A stretch of 64,000 nucleotides of DNA from Chlorobiota bacterium (lineage in GTDB: Bacteria; Bacteroidota; Bacteroidia; Flavobacteriales; Flavobacteriaceae). The DNA lies in assembly GCA_013153605.1 (NCBI GenBank), contig JAADED010000038.1:7968-71967 (forward strand), read 5' to 3'. The position numbers and the translations under genes are program-made. Position 1 is the first letter of the stretch. The number at the start of each line of letters is the position of its first letter. Positions 8,987 to 18,025 of this stretch are shown piece by piece. The notes beneath the pieces are model-generated. The model saw only the letters and a list, made by a program, of their open reading frames with translations. It searched no databases and was not told the DNA's origin.

Positions 8987-10099
8987 ATGATCCGCGTGAA
9001 GGAAGTATCCGGCCGGCGCGATTTGAAAAGCTTTATCGACCTCCCGTATAAGTTATACAAAAACGATCCCCATTGGATTCCTCCCCTCAAAAAAGCGGAA
9101 TGGGATTTCTGGACGCGCCACCCGGGGCTTAAGAAAAATATCGTCAAATTGTTTCTTGCCAAAAAGAATTTTAAGACCGTGGGCCGGCTGGCTCTCATTA
9201 TTAACCGAGCTTACAACGAATTGCACGGCACCCGGACCGCCCGTTTTTTTGCCTTTGAAGCGGTGGATGACGCCAAGGTCATCGATAAATTGTTTGCCCG
9301 CGCCGAAGAGGAAGCCCGCAAATTGGGGATGGACAAAATTCACGGCCCGCTGGGATTCAACAATTTGGACCACCAAGGCATGCAAGTGGAAGGCTTCCAA
9401 TGGCCTCAGACGTTGGTATCGGTTTATAATTTTCCCTACTATCCCAAGCACCTGGAGCGCATGGGTTATACCAAAGAAATCGACTGGGTGGAACATCGCG
9501 TGCGCCTGACCGACAACGCCATCAAACGGGGCGATACCGGTGCCAAAATCATAGGCAAACGTTTCGGCATCAAAGCCTGGCAACCCCGCAACAAGGCCCA
9601 ATTCGAAGCCGTGGCCGACGATATTTTTCGCCTGTACAACGAAGCCTATTCCCGGTTGCCCTACATGGTCCCCCTCGACGAGGAAGACATTGTCTTTTAC
9701 AAAGAAAGTTACATGAAGGTTTTATTGCCCCAATGGGCGTTTTTCGCCCGTACGTCCGAGGGCCAAATCGTGGGCTTTTTGTTGGCCATGCCTTCGCTTG
9801 GAGATGCTTTGCGAAAGGCCAAAGGCAAGCTCTTTCCTTTCGGTTTTTATCACATTTGGAAAGCATTGCGCAAGCCCAAAGAAATCGACGTGGCCATTAT
9901 CGGTTCCAAGCCCGAATATGAAAATAAAGGAGCGGCGGTAGTGGTATTCGACGCTTTTCATAAGCAAATGCTCAAGCACGGCATCCACACCTTTGAGACC
10001 GGAGGGGTCTTCGAAACCAACCTTCCCGTCCTGACCAACTGGAAAAATTACGATGCCGTCCAACACAAACGCAAAAGGGTATATGGAAAGGCGTTATAA
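8987..10099 (+). CDS. Conserved hypothetical protein, probably a GNAT-fold acyltransferase-like protein
   Basis: The 370-aa ORF begins MIRVKEVSGRRDLKSFIDLPYKLYKNDPHWIPPL. This resembles a family usually annotated as GNAT N-acetyltransferase. The function is recalled, not verified. Confidence 0.55.
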   Translation: MIRVKEVSGRRDLKSFIDLPYKLYKNDPHWIPPLKKAEWDFWTRHPGLKKNIVKLFLAKKNFKTVGRLALIINRAYNELHGTRTARFFAFEAVDDAKVIDKLFARAEEEARKLGMDKIHGPLGFNNLDHQGMQVEGFQWPQTLVSVYNFPYYPKHLERMGYTKEIDWVEHRVRLTDNAIKRGDTGAKIIGKRFGIKAWQPRNKAQFEAVADDIFRLYNEAYSRLPYMVPLDEEDIVFYKESYMKVLLPQWAFFARTSEGQIVGFLLAMPSLGDALRKAKGKLFPFGFYHIWKALRKPKEIDVAIIGSKPEYENKGAAVVVFDAFHKQMLKHGIHTFETGGVFETNLPVLTNWKNYDAVQHKRKRVYGKAL

Positions 10100-11234
10100 A
10101 GACAAACTCCCCGGAATCGGTACCAGCATTTTTGCCGTGATGTCGGGTTTGGCCCGCCAAACTGGGGCGGTAAATCTTTCCCAGGGCTTTCCCGATTTTC
10201 CGGTGGACGGAAAGCTGATCGAATCCGTACACTGCGCCATGCGGGAGGGGCACAACCAGTATGCGCCCATGCCGGGGATTGCTCCTTTGCGGGAGGAATT
10301 GGCCCGCAAAATCAAGCGTTTTTACGATGCCGATTACGACCCCGAGGACGAAATCACCGTCACCGCCGGCGCCACGCAAGCTTTGTTCACCGTAATTCAA
10401 GCCCTGGTTTTTCCCGGCGATGAAGTGATCGTTTTGGAGCCCGCCTACGACTCGTATGTGCCTTCCGTGCTTTTGGCGGGCGGGCGGCCGGTATTTGTGC
10501 GCCTGACCAAGCCGAATTTTCACGTGGATTGGGATGAAGTGGGGCGTCGCATCACGCCGCGAACCAAAATGATCATTGTCAACACTCCCAACAATCCCGG
10601 AGGCTATGTATTGGACCGCTCCGATTGGGAAGAACTCATCCGCCTGACCCGAAATACGAATATCGTGATTTTGTCGGATGAAGTGTACGAGCATATCGTG
10701 TTCGACGGTCTCCGTCATGTGAGCGGAATGAGCTTTCCCGAGCTTCGCGACCGATTGGTGGCCGTCTTTTCGTTCGGCAAAACTTTTCATGCCACGGGGT
10801 GGAAAACCGGCTATGCGGTGACGGACCGCCCCCTGACCGCCTTGATTCGCAAAGTTCATCAATTCAACGTGTTTTCGGTCAATACGCCCGTCCAATACGG
10901 TTTGGCGGAATACATGGCCGGTTATGCCGATTATGACGAAATCGCCCGGATGTACCAGGCCAAGCGCGATTTGTTCATCGAAGGATTGGAAGGCAGTCGC
11001 TGGAAAGTGATACCCACCAAGGGAACTTATTTTATCCTCCTGGACTACAGCGATATCAGCGACGAGCCCGAATTCGATTTTGCCGTCCGCCTGACCAAAG
11101 AATACGGGGTGGCCTCCATTCCTTTGTCTTCTTTTTATCACGACGGTTATGACCAACGATGCTTGCGTTTTTGTTTTGCCAAAAAAGAAGAGACCCTTCG
11201 CCGCGCCACCGACATCCTTCGCCGGGTGGGGTAG
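10083..11234 (+). CDS. PLP-dependent class I/II aminotransferase (methionine aminotransferase YbdL-like)
   Basis: Contains the NLSQGFPDF, VNTPNNPGG and SFGKTFHATGWKTGY (PLP lysine) blocks. The ATG at 10083 is preferred over the ORF-track start at 10053. Confidence 0.85.
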   Translation: MERRYKDKLPGIGTSIFAVMSGLARQTGAVNLSQGFPDFPVDGKLIESVHCAMREGHNQYAPMPGIAPLREELARKIKRFYDADYDPEDEITVTAGATQALFTVIQALVFPGDEVIVLEPAYDSYVPSVLLAGGRPVFVRLTKPNFHVDWDEVGRRITPRTKMIIVNTPNNPGGYVLDRSDWEELIRLTRNTNIVILSDEVYEHIVFDGLRHVSGMSFPELRDRLVAVFSFGKTFHATGWKTGYAVTDRPLTALIRKVHQFNVFSVNTPVQYGLAEYMAGYADYDEIARMYQAKRDLFIEGLEGSRWKVIPTKGTYFILLDYSDISDEPEFDFAVRLTKEYGVASIPLSSFYHDGYDQRCLRFCFAKKEETLRRATDILRRVG

Positions 11235-11235
11235 G

Positions 11236-12414
11236 GTGCTTCTGTTTTTTGCCTTGTGGGCTGCATGGAAATCCGCCCCGGCCCAAGATACGTTGCATTG
11301 GAATTGGCGGGTTGAGAATCTTCATTTCTTTTATAATCGCGAATATTTCAATTTGATTGCCGATGCTTACACCCTGGCCGGTCATCGGCTCGATTTGGCG
11401 GTCGAAGCGGAATTGGGCAAGGGGTGGTGTGCGGAAGGCGGCTTGCAAATTTACGGCTGGTGGGGACAGGGAACGCCGTGGCAAGTTTTTCCCCTGATCG
11501 CCCTGGAATACCGGCAAAAAAATCATCGATTTCGGATCGGCTCCGGTACGAACGATTCCTTACACGGATTAATGGCACCCTTGATGCAACGGGATTTCCG
11601 CTACCTCCCCTCCCGGCGCGAAACGGGGATGAGTTATGCCTATGTCGGCCGGAACGGGCGGGCTCATGGATGGCTCAATTGGCCTACTTTTATATTTCGC
11701 GGCGATACCGTGCGCGAGCGAATCGAATCGGGGTGGAACGGGGCATGGATTTTCCGGCCGGGAGCGAAGATACGGGTCATGTTGATGACCCAGGGAACCG
11801 TCACCCACCGGGGCGGGCAAATCAATTTACGCGGCGCCTATTTGGAGGGACGTCCCGACATGCTTACGGTAACGGCAGGCGGGGCCGGCATCCGGGTTTC
11901 GGCCTCCTACGGAAAGGATAGGGAAGCGGGTTTTTTCGCGTGGGCATTGATGCACCGGGCCAACGTCACGCCGCCCGAAGAACTCATCTTCGACCGGGGG
12001 CATGCTCTTTATTTGGGATTGACCGGCCGTCACGGCGCTTGGCATTGGAGGGCGGGCTTTTGGCGTGCAGTGCGATTCAACGCTCCTTTGGGTGAAGATA
12101 TGTTCCAAACCGTCAGCCGCCGGACCGAAATTTATTACAACGGATACGAACCCGTCCGCGTATTCACCGGTCATACCGAACCTGTGCGCACTTTGTGGAC
12201 CGCTTCGGCGAGTTGGCGGCGAAAACTCACCTCCCGGGTGCTCATGCGGGCGGGTGCACGCACCTGGTTTCAACCTTATCGTTCGGAAGTAGCCGATTTT
12301 CCGCTCGTCAAGCCCGTGGAGCGCCAATGGGATTTCGATTTTTATGTGGAATGGCTCGTGCGGTTGCGCGGAAAAGACCGTCCTTTGGTGACGGAGGCGG
12401 AGGAGGATAAATAA
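11236..12414 (+). CDS. Hypothetical Trp/Arg-rich secreted or outer-membrane protein
   Basis: An in-frame GTG at 11236, 1 nt after the upstream stop, gives the signal-like N-terminus LLFFALWAAWKSAPAQD. I recognise no motif, and the start is uncertain. Confidence 0.5.
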   Translation: MLLFFALWAAWKSAPAQDTLHWNWRVENLHFFYNREYFNLIADAYTLAGHRLDLAVEAELGKGWCAEGGLQIYGWWGQGTPWQVFPLIALEYRQKNHRFRIGSGTNDSLHGLMAPLMQRDFRYLPSRRETGMSYAYVGRNGRAHGWLNWPTFIFRGDTVRERIESGWNGAWIFRPGAKIRVMLMTQGTVTHRGGQINLRGAYLEGRPDMLTVTAGGAGIRVSASYGKDREAGFFAWALMHRANVTPPEELIFDRGHALYLGLTGRHGAWHWRAGFWRAVRFNAPLGEDMFQTVSRRTEIYYNGYEPVRVFTGHTEPVRTLWTASASWRRKLTSRVLMRAGARTWFQPYRSEVADFPLVKPVERQWDFDFYVEWLVRLRGKDRPLVTEAEEDK

Positions 12415-12425
12415 AAAATTTTCCA

Positions 12426-12441
12426 TATATTTGCACGCCAA
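12426..12441 (+). promoter_or_regulatory. TAnnTTTG -7 box within a 16-nt element shared with the rpsL promoter
   Basis: TATATTTGCACGCCAA, identical to 17605-17620. It lies 23 nt upstream of the rplM GTG start, counted from the end of the -7 box. Confidence 0.6.
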
Positions 12442-12456
12442 ATAAAACCGAAAAAA

Positions 12457-12912
12457 GTGAATACGTTAAGTTACAAAACCCTGTCGGCCAAAAAGGAAAA
12501 TGTGGACCGGAAATGGTGGGTGGTGGATGCCGAAGGCCAGGTATTGGGACGTTTGGCTTCGAAAGTGGCCAAAATTTTGCAAGGCAAGCATAAACCTTGC
12601 TACACGCCCCACGTGGATTGCGGCGATTACGTCATTATCGTCAATGCCGACAAAATCAAGCTTACCGGTAAAAAGTGGGAGCAAAAAGAATATAAATGGC
12701 ATACCGGCTATCCGGGCGGATTGCGCAGCATGACCGCTCGCGAATTGTGGGAAAAAGATCCCGCCCGCTTGGTGGAAAAAGCCGTGAAAGGCATGTTGCC
12801 CAAAAGCCGGTTGGGCCGTCAGATGTATCGCAAGCTCCACGTGTATGCCGGACCCGAGCATAAACATCAAGCCCAACAGCCCGAACAATTGGACATAAAC
12901 ACCTTTAAATAA
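12457..12912 (+). CDS. rplM: 50S ribosomal protein L13
   Basis: GTG start. [17 protein letters not shown]...HTGYPGG is the L13 signature. Confidence 0.95.
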   Translation: MNTLSYKTLSAKKENVDRKWWVVDAEGQVLGRLASKVAKILQGKHKPCYTPHVDCGDYVIIVNADKIKLTGKKWEQKEYKWHTGYPGGLRSMTARELWEKDPARLVEKAVKGMLPKSRLGRQMYRKLHVYAGPEHKHQAQQPEQLDINTFK

Positions 12913-12913
12913 T

Positions 12914-13300
12914 ATGGATACCATTCACACCATAGGAAGGCGTAAAACGTCCGTGGCCCGGATCTTCATGCAAGAAGGTCAGGGAAAAATAACGGTGAAC
13001 GGACGCGAATTCGAAGATTATTTTCCGGTGCTCACCCACCGGGTGGACATACTCAAGCCTTTTAACGTAACCGACACGCTGGGCAAATACGATGTGCGTG
13101 TCAACGTGAAAGGGGGCGGCAAAACCGGTCAGGCGGGAGCCATCCGTTTGGCCATCGCCCGTGCATTGCTGGAGGTGAATCCCCAGTACCGCCAATTGCT
13201 CAAACCGGCCGGATTGCTCACCCGCGATCCCCGTATGGTGGAACGTAAAAAATACGGACGCCCCAAAGCACGCAAGAAATTCCAATTCTCCAAACGTTAA
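12914..13300 (+). CDS. rpsI: 30S ribosomal protein S9
   Basis: [11 protein letters not shown] at the N-terminus and [25 protein letters not shown] at the C-terminus. Confidence 0.95.
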   Translation: MDTIHTIGRRKTSVARIFMQEGQGKITVNGREFEDYFPVLTHRVDILKPFNVTDTLGKYDVRVNVKGGGKTGQAGAIRLAIARALLEVNPQYRQLLKPAGLLTRDPRMVERKKYGRPKARKKFQFSKR

Positions 13301-13381
13301 ACCTTTTTATTTATTAAAAAGTTTAGCATCCAAACACGTCGGGTACGTGTTGCTTATGACGGAACGTAAACTTTAATTCAT

Positions 13382-14137
13382 ATGAAAAAACCGGACATCA
13401 AAGAACTTCTGGAAGTAGGGGCCCACTTCGGCCACCTTACCCGCAAGTGGAATCCCCACATGGCTCCCTACATTTACGGAAGCAAAAACAAAATCCACAT
13501 CATCAACCTTCAAAAAACGGCGGCTAAAATCGAAGAAGCCCAAAAATTTTTGAAGAACCTCGCATCGACGGGACGTCAAATCCTGTTCGTTTCCACCAAG
13601 AAACAAGCCAAAGACATCCTGGCCGAAAAAGCCAAATCGGTGGGCATGCCTTACATCGCCGAACGTTGGCCCGGCGGTATGCTGACCAACTTCGTGACCA
13701 TTCGTAAGGCGGTGAAAAAAATGGCCCATATCGACAAAATGAAAAAAGACGGCACCTACGACACCCTTTCCAAAAAGGAAAAATTACACTTGGACCGCTT
13801 GCGCGCCAAACTGGAGAAAAACCTGGGTTCCATCGCCGACATGACGCGCTTGCCGGCCGCCCTGATCGTGGTGGACGTCAACAAAGAGCACGTGGCCGTG
13901 AAAGAGGCCAATAAATTGGGCATTCCCATCGTGGGAATCGTGGACACCAATGCCGATCCGCGTCCCGTCACTTTTCCCATTCCCGCCAACGACGATGCCT
14001 CCAAATCCATCGAGCTGATCCTCGAATACCTCACCGACGCCATTCGCGAAGGGCTGGAAGAACGCAAGCTCAAGCGCATGAAAGCCGATGAGGAAGCCCA
14101 AGTGGCGGGTGAACAAAACGCCGAACAAGCCGAATAA
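13382..14137 (+). CDS. rpsB: 30S ribosomal protein S2
   Basis: LLEVGAHFGH...WNP and VVDVNKEHVAVKEANKLGIPIVGIVDTN. Confidence 0.95.
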   Translation: MKKPDIKELLEVGAHFGHLTRKWNPHMAPYIYGSKNKIHIINLQKTAAKIEEAQKFLKNLASTGRQILFVSTKKQAKDILAEKAKSVGMPYIAERWPGGMLTNFVTIRKAVKKMAHIDKMKKDGTYDTLSKKEKLHLDRLRAKLEKNLGSIADMTRLPAALIVVDVNKEHVAVKEANKLGIPIVGIVDTNADPRPVTFPIPANDDASKSIELILEYLTDAIREGLEERKLKRMKADEEAQVAGEQNAEQAE

Positions 14138-14156
14138 AAAATTAAAAAATAAAGTT

Positions 14157-14984
14157 ATGGCAAAAATTACCGCAGCCGACGTAAATAAACTCCGCAAAAT
14201 GACCGGTGCCGGCATGATGGATTGCAAAAACGCACTGGTGGAAGCGGAAGGCGATTTCGACAAAGCCATTGAAATCCTTCGTAAAAAAGGTCAAAAAGTG
14301 GCCGCCAAACGTGCCGACCGCGAAAGCTCGGAAGGCGTGGTGGTGGCTACCCTCAACGACGACCGTACACGCGGCGTGTTGATTTCCCTCAATTGCGAAA
14401 CGGATTTCGTGGCCAAAAACGAAGACTTCATCAAACTGGCCGAAGCATTGGGCAAAATCGCTTTGAATTACGATACCAAGGAGGAATTCCTCCAAGCTCC
14501 CTTTGCCGAAGGTCTGACCGTGGCCGACAAGATTACGGAACAAACGGGTGTGATTGGCGAAAAGCTGGAAATCGGCGCGTTCGAACCGCTCGAAGGGGCT
14601 TATTTGGGTTCGTACATCCATTCCAACAAAAAGATCGGTACCTTGGTGGCTTTTAACAAAGCGCCCGAAGGAATCGAAGAAGTGGCTCATAACGTGGCCA
14701 TGCAAGTGGCCGCCATGAACCCCATTGCCCTGGACGAAGCCAGCGTGCCGCAAGAAATCGTGGACAAAGAGCTCGAAATCGCCAAGGAACAATTGCGCAA
14801 CGAAGGCAAGCCCGAAAACATGCTGGACAAAATCGCCCAAGGCAAGCTCAAAAAGTTCTTCAAAGAAAGTACCCTTGTCAACCAAGCTTACATCAAGGAT
14901 AACAAAAAGACGGTGGGTGCTTATGTAAAAGAACTGGATCCCGAGCTTCAAATTACGGGATTCAAGCGTGTGGCCCTTGGGTGA
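14157..14984 (+). CDS. tsf: Elongation factor Ts
   Basis: MAKITAADVNKLRKMTGAGMMDCKNAL is the canonical EF-Ts N-terminus. The ORF-track start at 14088 overlaps rpsB and is rejected. Confidence 0.95.
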   Translation: MAKITAADVNKLRKMTGAGMMDCKNALVEAEGDFDKAIEILRKKGQKVAAKRADRESSEGVVVATLNDDRTRGVLISLNCETDFVAKNEDFIKLAEALGKIALNYDTKEEFLQAPFAEGLTVADKITEQTGVIGEKLEIGAFEPLEGAYLGSYIHSNKKIGTLVAFNKAPEGIEEVAHNVAMQVAAMNPIALDEASVPQEIVDKELEIAKEQLRNEGKPENMLDKIAQGKLKKFFKESTLVNQAYIKDNKKTVGAYVKELDPELQITGFKRVALG

Positions 14985-15011
14985 GACATCCGTGGCGCAT
15001 ATGACATAAAG

Positions 15012-15040
15012 GCCGTCCGTCAATGCGGGCGGCTTTTTTT
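15012..15040 (+). terminator. Rho-independent terminator after tsf
   Basis: 8-bp stem GCCGTCCG/CGGGCGGC (one G-U pair), 6-nt loop, then a T7 run. Confidence 0.8.
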
Positions 15041-15085
15041 ATGGTGCCGGGGAATTTTCCCTATCTTTGAAAAGCAAACCGCTGT

Positions 15086-15232
15086 ATGGAAAAAGATTTT
15101 TGGTACTACGTCGGTTATTGGTTAACGGCCTTGCTTCCCGTGATCATCGGGTTTGCCGTCACCATGGTGCTGATCCGTTATTTCCACAAAAATTACAAAG
15201 GACCGCGCGATGAAGAAAATCCGGTTGACTAA
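15086..15232 (+). CDS. Possible 48-aa single-TM small protein
   Basis: ATG-initiated ORF MEKDFWYYVGYWLTALLPVIIGFAVTMVLIRYFHKNYKGPRDEENPVD, too short for the ORF track. It has a clear TM helix with a positive-inside C-terminus, and overlaps the queD start by 23 nt. Confidence 0.3.
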   Translation: MEKDFWYYVGYWLTALLPVIIGFAVTMVLIRYFHKNYKGPRDEENPVD

Positions 15233-15665
15233 AATATTTCATTTCGAAACGGGACACGCCCTGGCCGGGTACGACGGCAAATGCCGCAATGTGCACGGCC
15301 ATAGTTACCGCTTGGAAGTCACCGTTATCGGCACGCCCATCGACGACCCCTCGCATGTGAAATACGGGATGGTCATGGACTTCGGCGATTTGAAAAAGGT
15401 GGTCAAAGAGCATGTGGTGGACGTTTATGACCACGCCTTGTTGCTCAACAAGAACGGAGCGTACCGCGAGATCGGCGAATATTTGCTGGAGCGGGGGCAT
15501 AAGGTATTGCTGGTGGATTTTCAGCCTACCGGGGAAATGATGTTATTGGATATCGCCCGCCGTATCGAGCCCCGGTTACCGGAAGGGGTGCGGCTGTTCG
15601 CTCTTAAACTTTACGAGACCGGCACTTCCTATGCCGAATGGTATGCCGATGACCACGACGACTGA
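15210..15665 (+). CDS. queD: 6-carboxy-5,6,7,8-tetrahydropterin synthase QueD
   Basis: FHFETGHAL...CRNVHGHSYRLEVTV matches the PTPS/QueD Zn-binding His motif. Confidence 0.85.
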   Translation: MKKIRLTKIFHFETGHALAGYDGKCRNVHGHSYRLEVTVIGTPIDDPSHVKYGMVMDFGDLKKVVKEHVVDVYDHALLLNKNGAYREIGEYLLERGHKVLLVDFQPTGEMMLLDIARRIEPRLPEGVRLFALKLYETGTSYAEWYADDHDD

Positions 15666-16431
15666 TATAAGCCACACCCTGGCACCGGGACGCAAAGCTT
15701 ATTTCACTTCCGATTGGCATTTGGGGTACCCTTCGGCCGAAGCCGGGCTGGAGCGGGAAAAAAAGATCGTACGTTGGCTCGACCGAATCGCCGCCGATGC
15801 CGATGTCCTTTTTCTTTTGGGCGACATTTTCGATTTCTGGTTCGACTACCGCCGGGCCGCCCCCCGCCACTTCGTGCGCGTACTGGGCAAATTGGCCGAA
15901 TTGCACGACCGGGGAGTGCGCCTCTATTATTTTTTCGGCAACCATGACATGTGGCACCGCGATTATTTGGCTCGCGAAATCGGGGTAACCTATGTGCCCG
16001 ACGCCGCCCGCATCCGCCTTAACGGCTTGCGCATCTATGCGGCCCACGGCGACGGATTGGGACCGGGGGATAAAAAATACAAGATGTTGAAGAAAATATT
16101 TAGCCACCCTTTGTCCCGCACCCTGTATCGAATCCTCCACCCCGATTGGGGGATTCCGCTGGCTTTGTGGTTTTCGCATCGAAGCCGCAGGCATACGCCG
16201 CCGGAAATCACCCGTTTTTTGGGGCCCGAGCGCGAACATTTGATGATCCACAGCCGGAAAGTGTTGGAGCGCGAACCCTACGATTATTTTATTTTCGGAC
16301 ACCGTCATCATGCGGTGATGCATCCGCTCACTGATAAGGCAATGTATATCAACTTGGGAGATTGGATCAACCTCTTTACCTATGCCGAGAGCGACGGGCG
16401 GAAGGTGGAGCTTAAAAAATTCGAAGAATAA
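15631..16431 (+). CDS. lpxH: UDP-2,3-diacylglucosamine diphosphatase LpxH-family metallophosphoesterase
   Basis: Calcineurin-like motifs SDWHLG, LLGDIFDFW, GNHDMW and AAHGDG. The start is ambiguous (15631, 15643 or 15649). Confidence 0.75.
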   Translation: MPNGMPMTTTTDISHTLAPGRKAYFTSDWHLGYPSAEAGLEREKKIVRWLDRIAADADVLFLLGDIFDFWFDYRRAAPRHFVRVLGKLAELHDRGVRLYYFFGNHDMWHRDYLAREIGVTYVPDAARIRLNGLRIYAAHGDGLGPGDKKYKMLKKIFSHPLSRTLYRILHPDWGIPLALWFSHRSRRHTPPEITRFLGPEREHLMIHSRKVLEREPYDYFIFGHRHHAVMHPLTDKAMYINLGDWINLFTYAESDGRKVELKKFEE

Positions 16432-16445
16432 AATTTTTTTCGGTC

Positions 16446-16476
16446 TTGCGTACGAATAAAATTTTTTTTATTTTTG
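16446..16476 (+). promoter_or_regulatory. Bacteroidota-type promoter (-33 TTG, 20-nt spacer, -7 TATTTTTG) for tRNA-Asp
   Basis: TTG at 16446-16448 and TATTTTTG at 16469-16476, about 65 nt upstream of the tRNA. Confidence 0.5.
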
Positions 16477-16541
16477 CATCGCTGTTTCGGCGGGACCATG
16501 GAGAGGATGAATGAAGGAGGCTTCTGCCGGAAGGGCAACGA

Positions 16542-16615
16542 GGTGCGGTAGTTCAGCAGGTTAGAATACCGGTCTGTCACACCGGTGGTCGCGGGTTCGA
16601 GTCCCGTCCGCACCG
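16542..16615 (+). tRNA. tRNA-Asp (anticodon GTC)
   Basis: Cloverleaf read by eye. Acceptor stem GGTGCGG/CCGCACC with discriminator G, D-arm TAGTTCAGCAGGTTAGAATA, anticodon loop CTGTCAC, T-arm GCGGGTTCGAGTCCCGT. CCA is not encoded. Confidence 0.9.
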
Positions 16616-16624
16616 CTTGAGGAG

Positions 16625-16651
16625 CCGTCCGAATTTTCGGGCGGTTTTTTT
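16625..16651 (+). terminator. Rho-independent terminator after tRNA-Asp
   Basis: 7-bp stem CCGTCCG/CGGGCGG (one G-U pair), 6-nt loop, then a T7 run. Confidence 0.75.
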
Positions 16652-16801
16652 ATTTGGGAAATTTTCGACCGGTTGTAAGTTCATCGAGCGTTTCCTCTCT
16701 TCGGTGAGCGCTTATGGTTTTTTCTTAGTAAAGCGTCATTTTCAAGTCTCCGAATTTTTCGGGTCCGAAATTTCTTGGTAAATTTCTTCAATATTTCCGC
16801 C

Positions 16802-17509
16802 ATGGACATTCGCACCGCCTTTTTCACTCATCCTGGAGAAATTCGTCCTTATAACCAGGACGCTTTACTTTGCGGCGGGTTGGTGAGCGTATTCGGGAGC
16901 GGCGGACATCATCCCGAACCCGAGGAATTGTTTGCCTTTGTGGCCGACGGGGTGGCGGGTTCGCCCGCCGGGGAGTTCGCTTCGTCTTTTGTGTTGAGCC
17001 GCTTGGCCGCACTGGAAAAAGAAGTGCGCCGCGAGCCTCAAGACACCCTTTTTCGTATAAACGTGGAGTTGCTGGAAGCGGCCCAAAAGGCCGGCCACCT
17101 TGGAAGCGCCACCACCTTGAGCGGGTTCTTCCTTCGGGAATTTAGGCCTGTGATCCTTCATGCCGGCGATTCGGAAGTATGGCTATGGCGCGAAGGTGTG
17201 TTTCGCAAGCTCACGCCCCCTCAAGTTTGGGATCCGGCCATTCCCAATAGCCCCATCGTGTCTTTTTTCGGCGGAGACGGCATGTATCTCGATCCCTTTA
17301 TCGTCGAACAGGACGAGCCCGTTCGCTCCGGCGACGTATGGCTGGTATGCACCGACGGATTGATGAAAGTGTTCGAACCTTTCGAAGCAGCCTCCCTGAT
17401 TGCCGATCATCGCGAAGAGCCTCTCCGCTTGCGGGACATTCTCCTGAAAATCGTCCTGGCGCGTACGGCTCCCGACAACGTGAGCGCCATCGTGGCGGCG
17501 GTGTTTTAA
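16802..17509 (+). CDS. PP2C-family serine/threonine protein phosphatase
   Basis: Contains the YNQDAL, FVADGVAG, HAGDSEVWL, VCTDGL and PDNVSAIV blocks typical of PPM phosphatases. Confidence 0.75.
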   Translation: MDIRTAFFTHPGEIRPYNQDALLCGGLVSVFGSGGHHPEPEELFAFVADGVAGSPAGEFASSFVLSRLAALEKEVRREPQDTLFRINVELLEAAQKAGHLGSATTLSGFFLREFRPVILHAGDSEVWLWREGVFRKLTPPQVWDPAIPNSPIVSFFGGDGMYLDPFIVEQDEPVRSGDVWLVCTDGLMKVFEPFEAASLIADHREEPLRLRDILLKIVLARTAPDNVSAIVAAVF

Positions 17510-17539
17510 CCTATATTATATATAATAGGTATAAATAAG

Positions 17540-17571
17540 CCCCGTAAAGCGGCCGGGGAGCGTTTTCTTTT
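17540..17571 (+). terminator. Weak terminator-like hairpin
   Basis: 5-bp GC stem CCCCG/CGGGG, 9-nt loop, then the T-rich tract TTTTCTTTT. Confidence 0.4.
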
Positions 17572-17581
17572 GACGGATAAT

Positions 17582-17620
17582 TTGAAATTCAGAAAAAAAC
17601 TTTCTATATTTGCACGCCAA
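17582..17620 (+). promoter_or_regulatory. Promoter of the ribosomal superoperon (-33 TTG, 20-nt spacer, -7 TATATTTG)
   Basis: TTG at 17582-17584 and TATATTTGCACGCCAA at 17605-17620 (16 nt identical to the rplM promoter). The rpsL ATG is 27 nt downstream of the box. Confidence 0.65.
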
Positions 17621-17639
17621 TTTTGACAAACCATATTGT

Positions 17640-18020
17640 ATGCCGACGATTCAGCAACTCATACGGAAAGGGCGCAAAAAGATTGTGAAGAAAAGCAAAT
17701 CGGTAGCGCTTGGTGGTAATCCGCAAAAGCGCGGGGTTTGCATTCGCGTGTACACGACTACGCCGAAAAAGCCCAATTCGGCCATGCGCAAGGTGGCCCG
17801 TGTGCGTTTGACCAACGGCAACGAGGTCAACGCTTACATTCCGGGTGAGGGCCACAACTTGCAGGAACACTCGATCGTGTTGGTACGCGGCGGCCGGGTC
17901 AAAGATTTGCCCGGTGTGAAATACCACATCATTCGCGGTGCATTGGATACCGCCGGAGTGGAAGGACGCCGCCAACGTCGCTCCAAATACGGAACCAAAC
18001 GACCTAAAGATAAAAAATAA
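17640..18020 (+). CDS. rpsL: 30S ribosomal protein S12
   Basis: [14 protein letters not shown]...PKKPNSA(M)RK. The ORF-track start at 17610 is an upstream extension. Confidence 0.97.
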   Translation: MPTIQQLIRKGRKKIVKKSKSVALGGNPQKRGVCIRVYTTTPKKPNSAMRKVARVRLTNGNEVNAYIPGEGHNLQEHSIVLVRGGRVKDLPGVKYHIIRGALDTAGVEGRRQRRSKYGTKRPKDKK

Positions 18021-18025
18021 GGTAG

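Noticed and set aside
17516-17535. AT-rich near-palindrome CCTATATTATATATAATAGG after the PP2C gene
   Set aside because: Only the outer 5 bp pair and the centre is not self-complementary. It is probably just AT-rich spacer.
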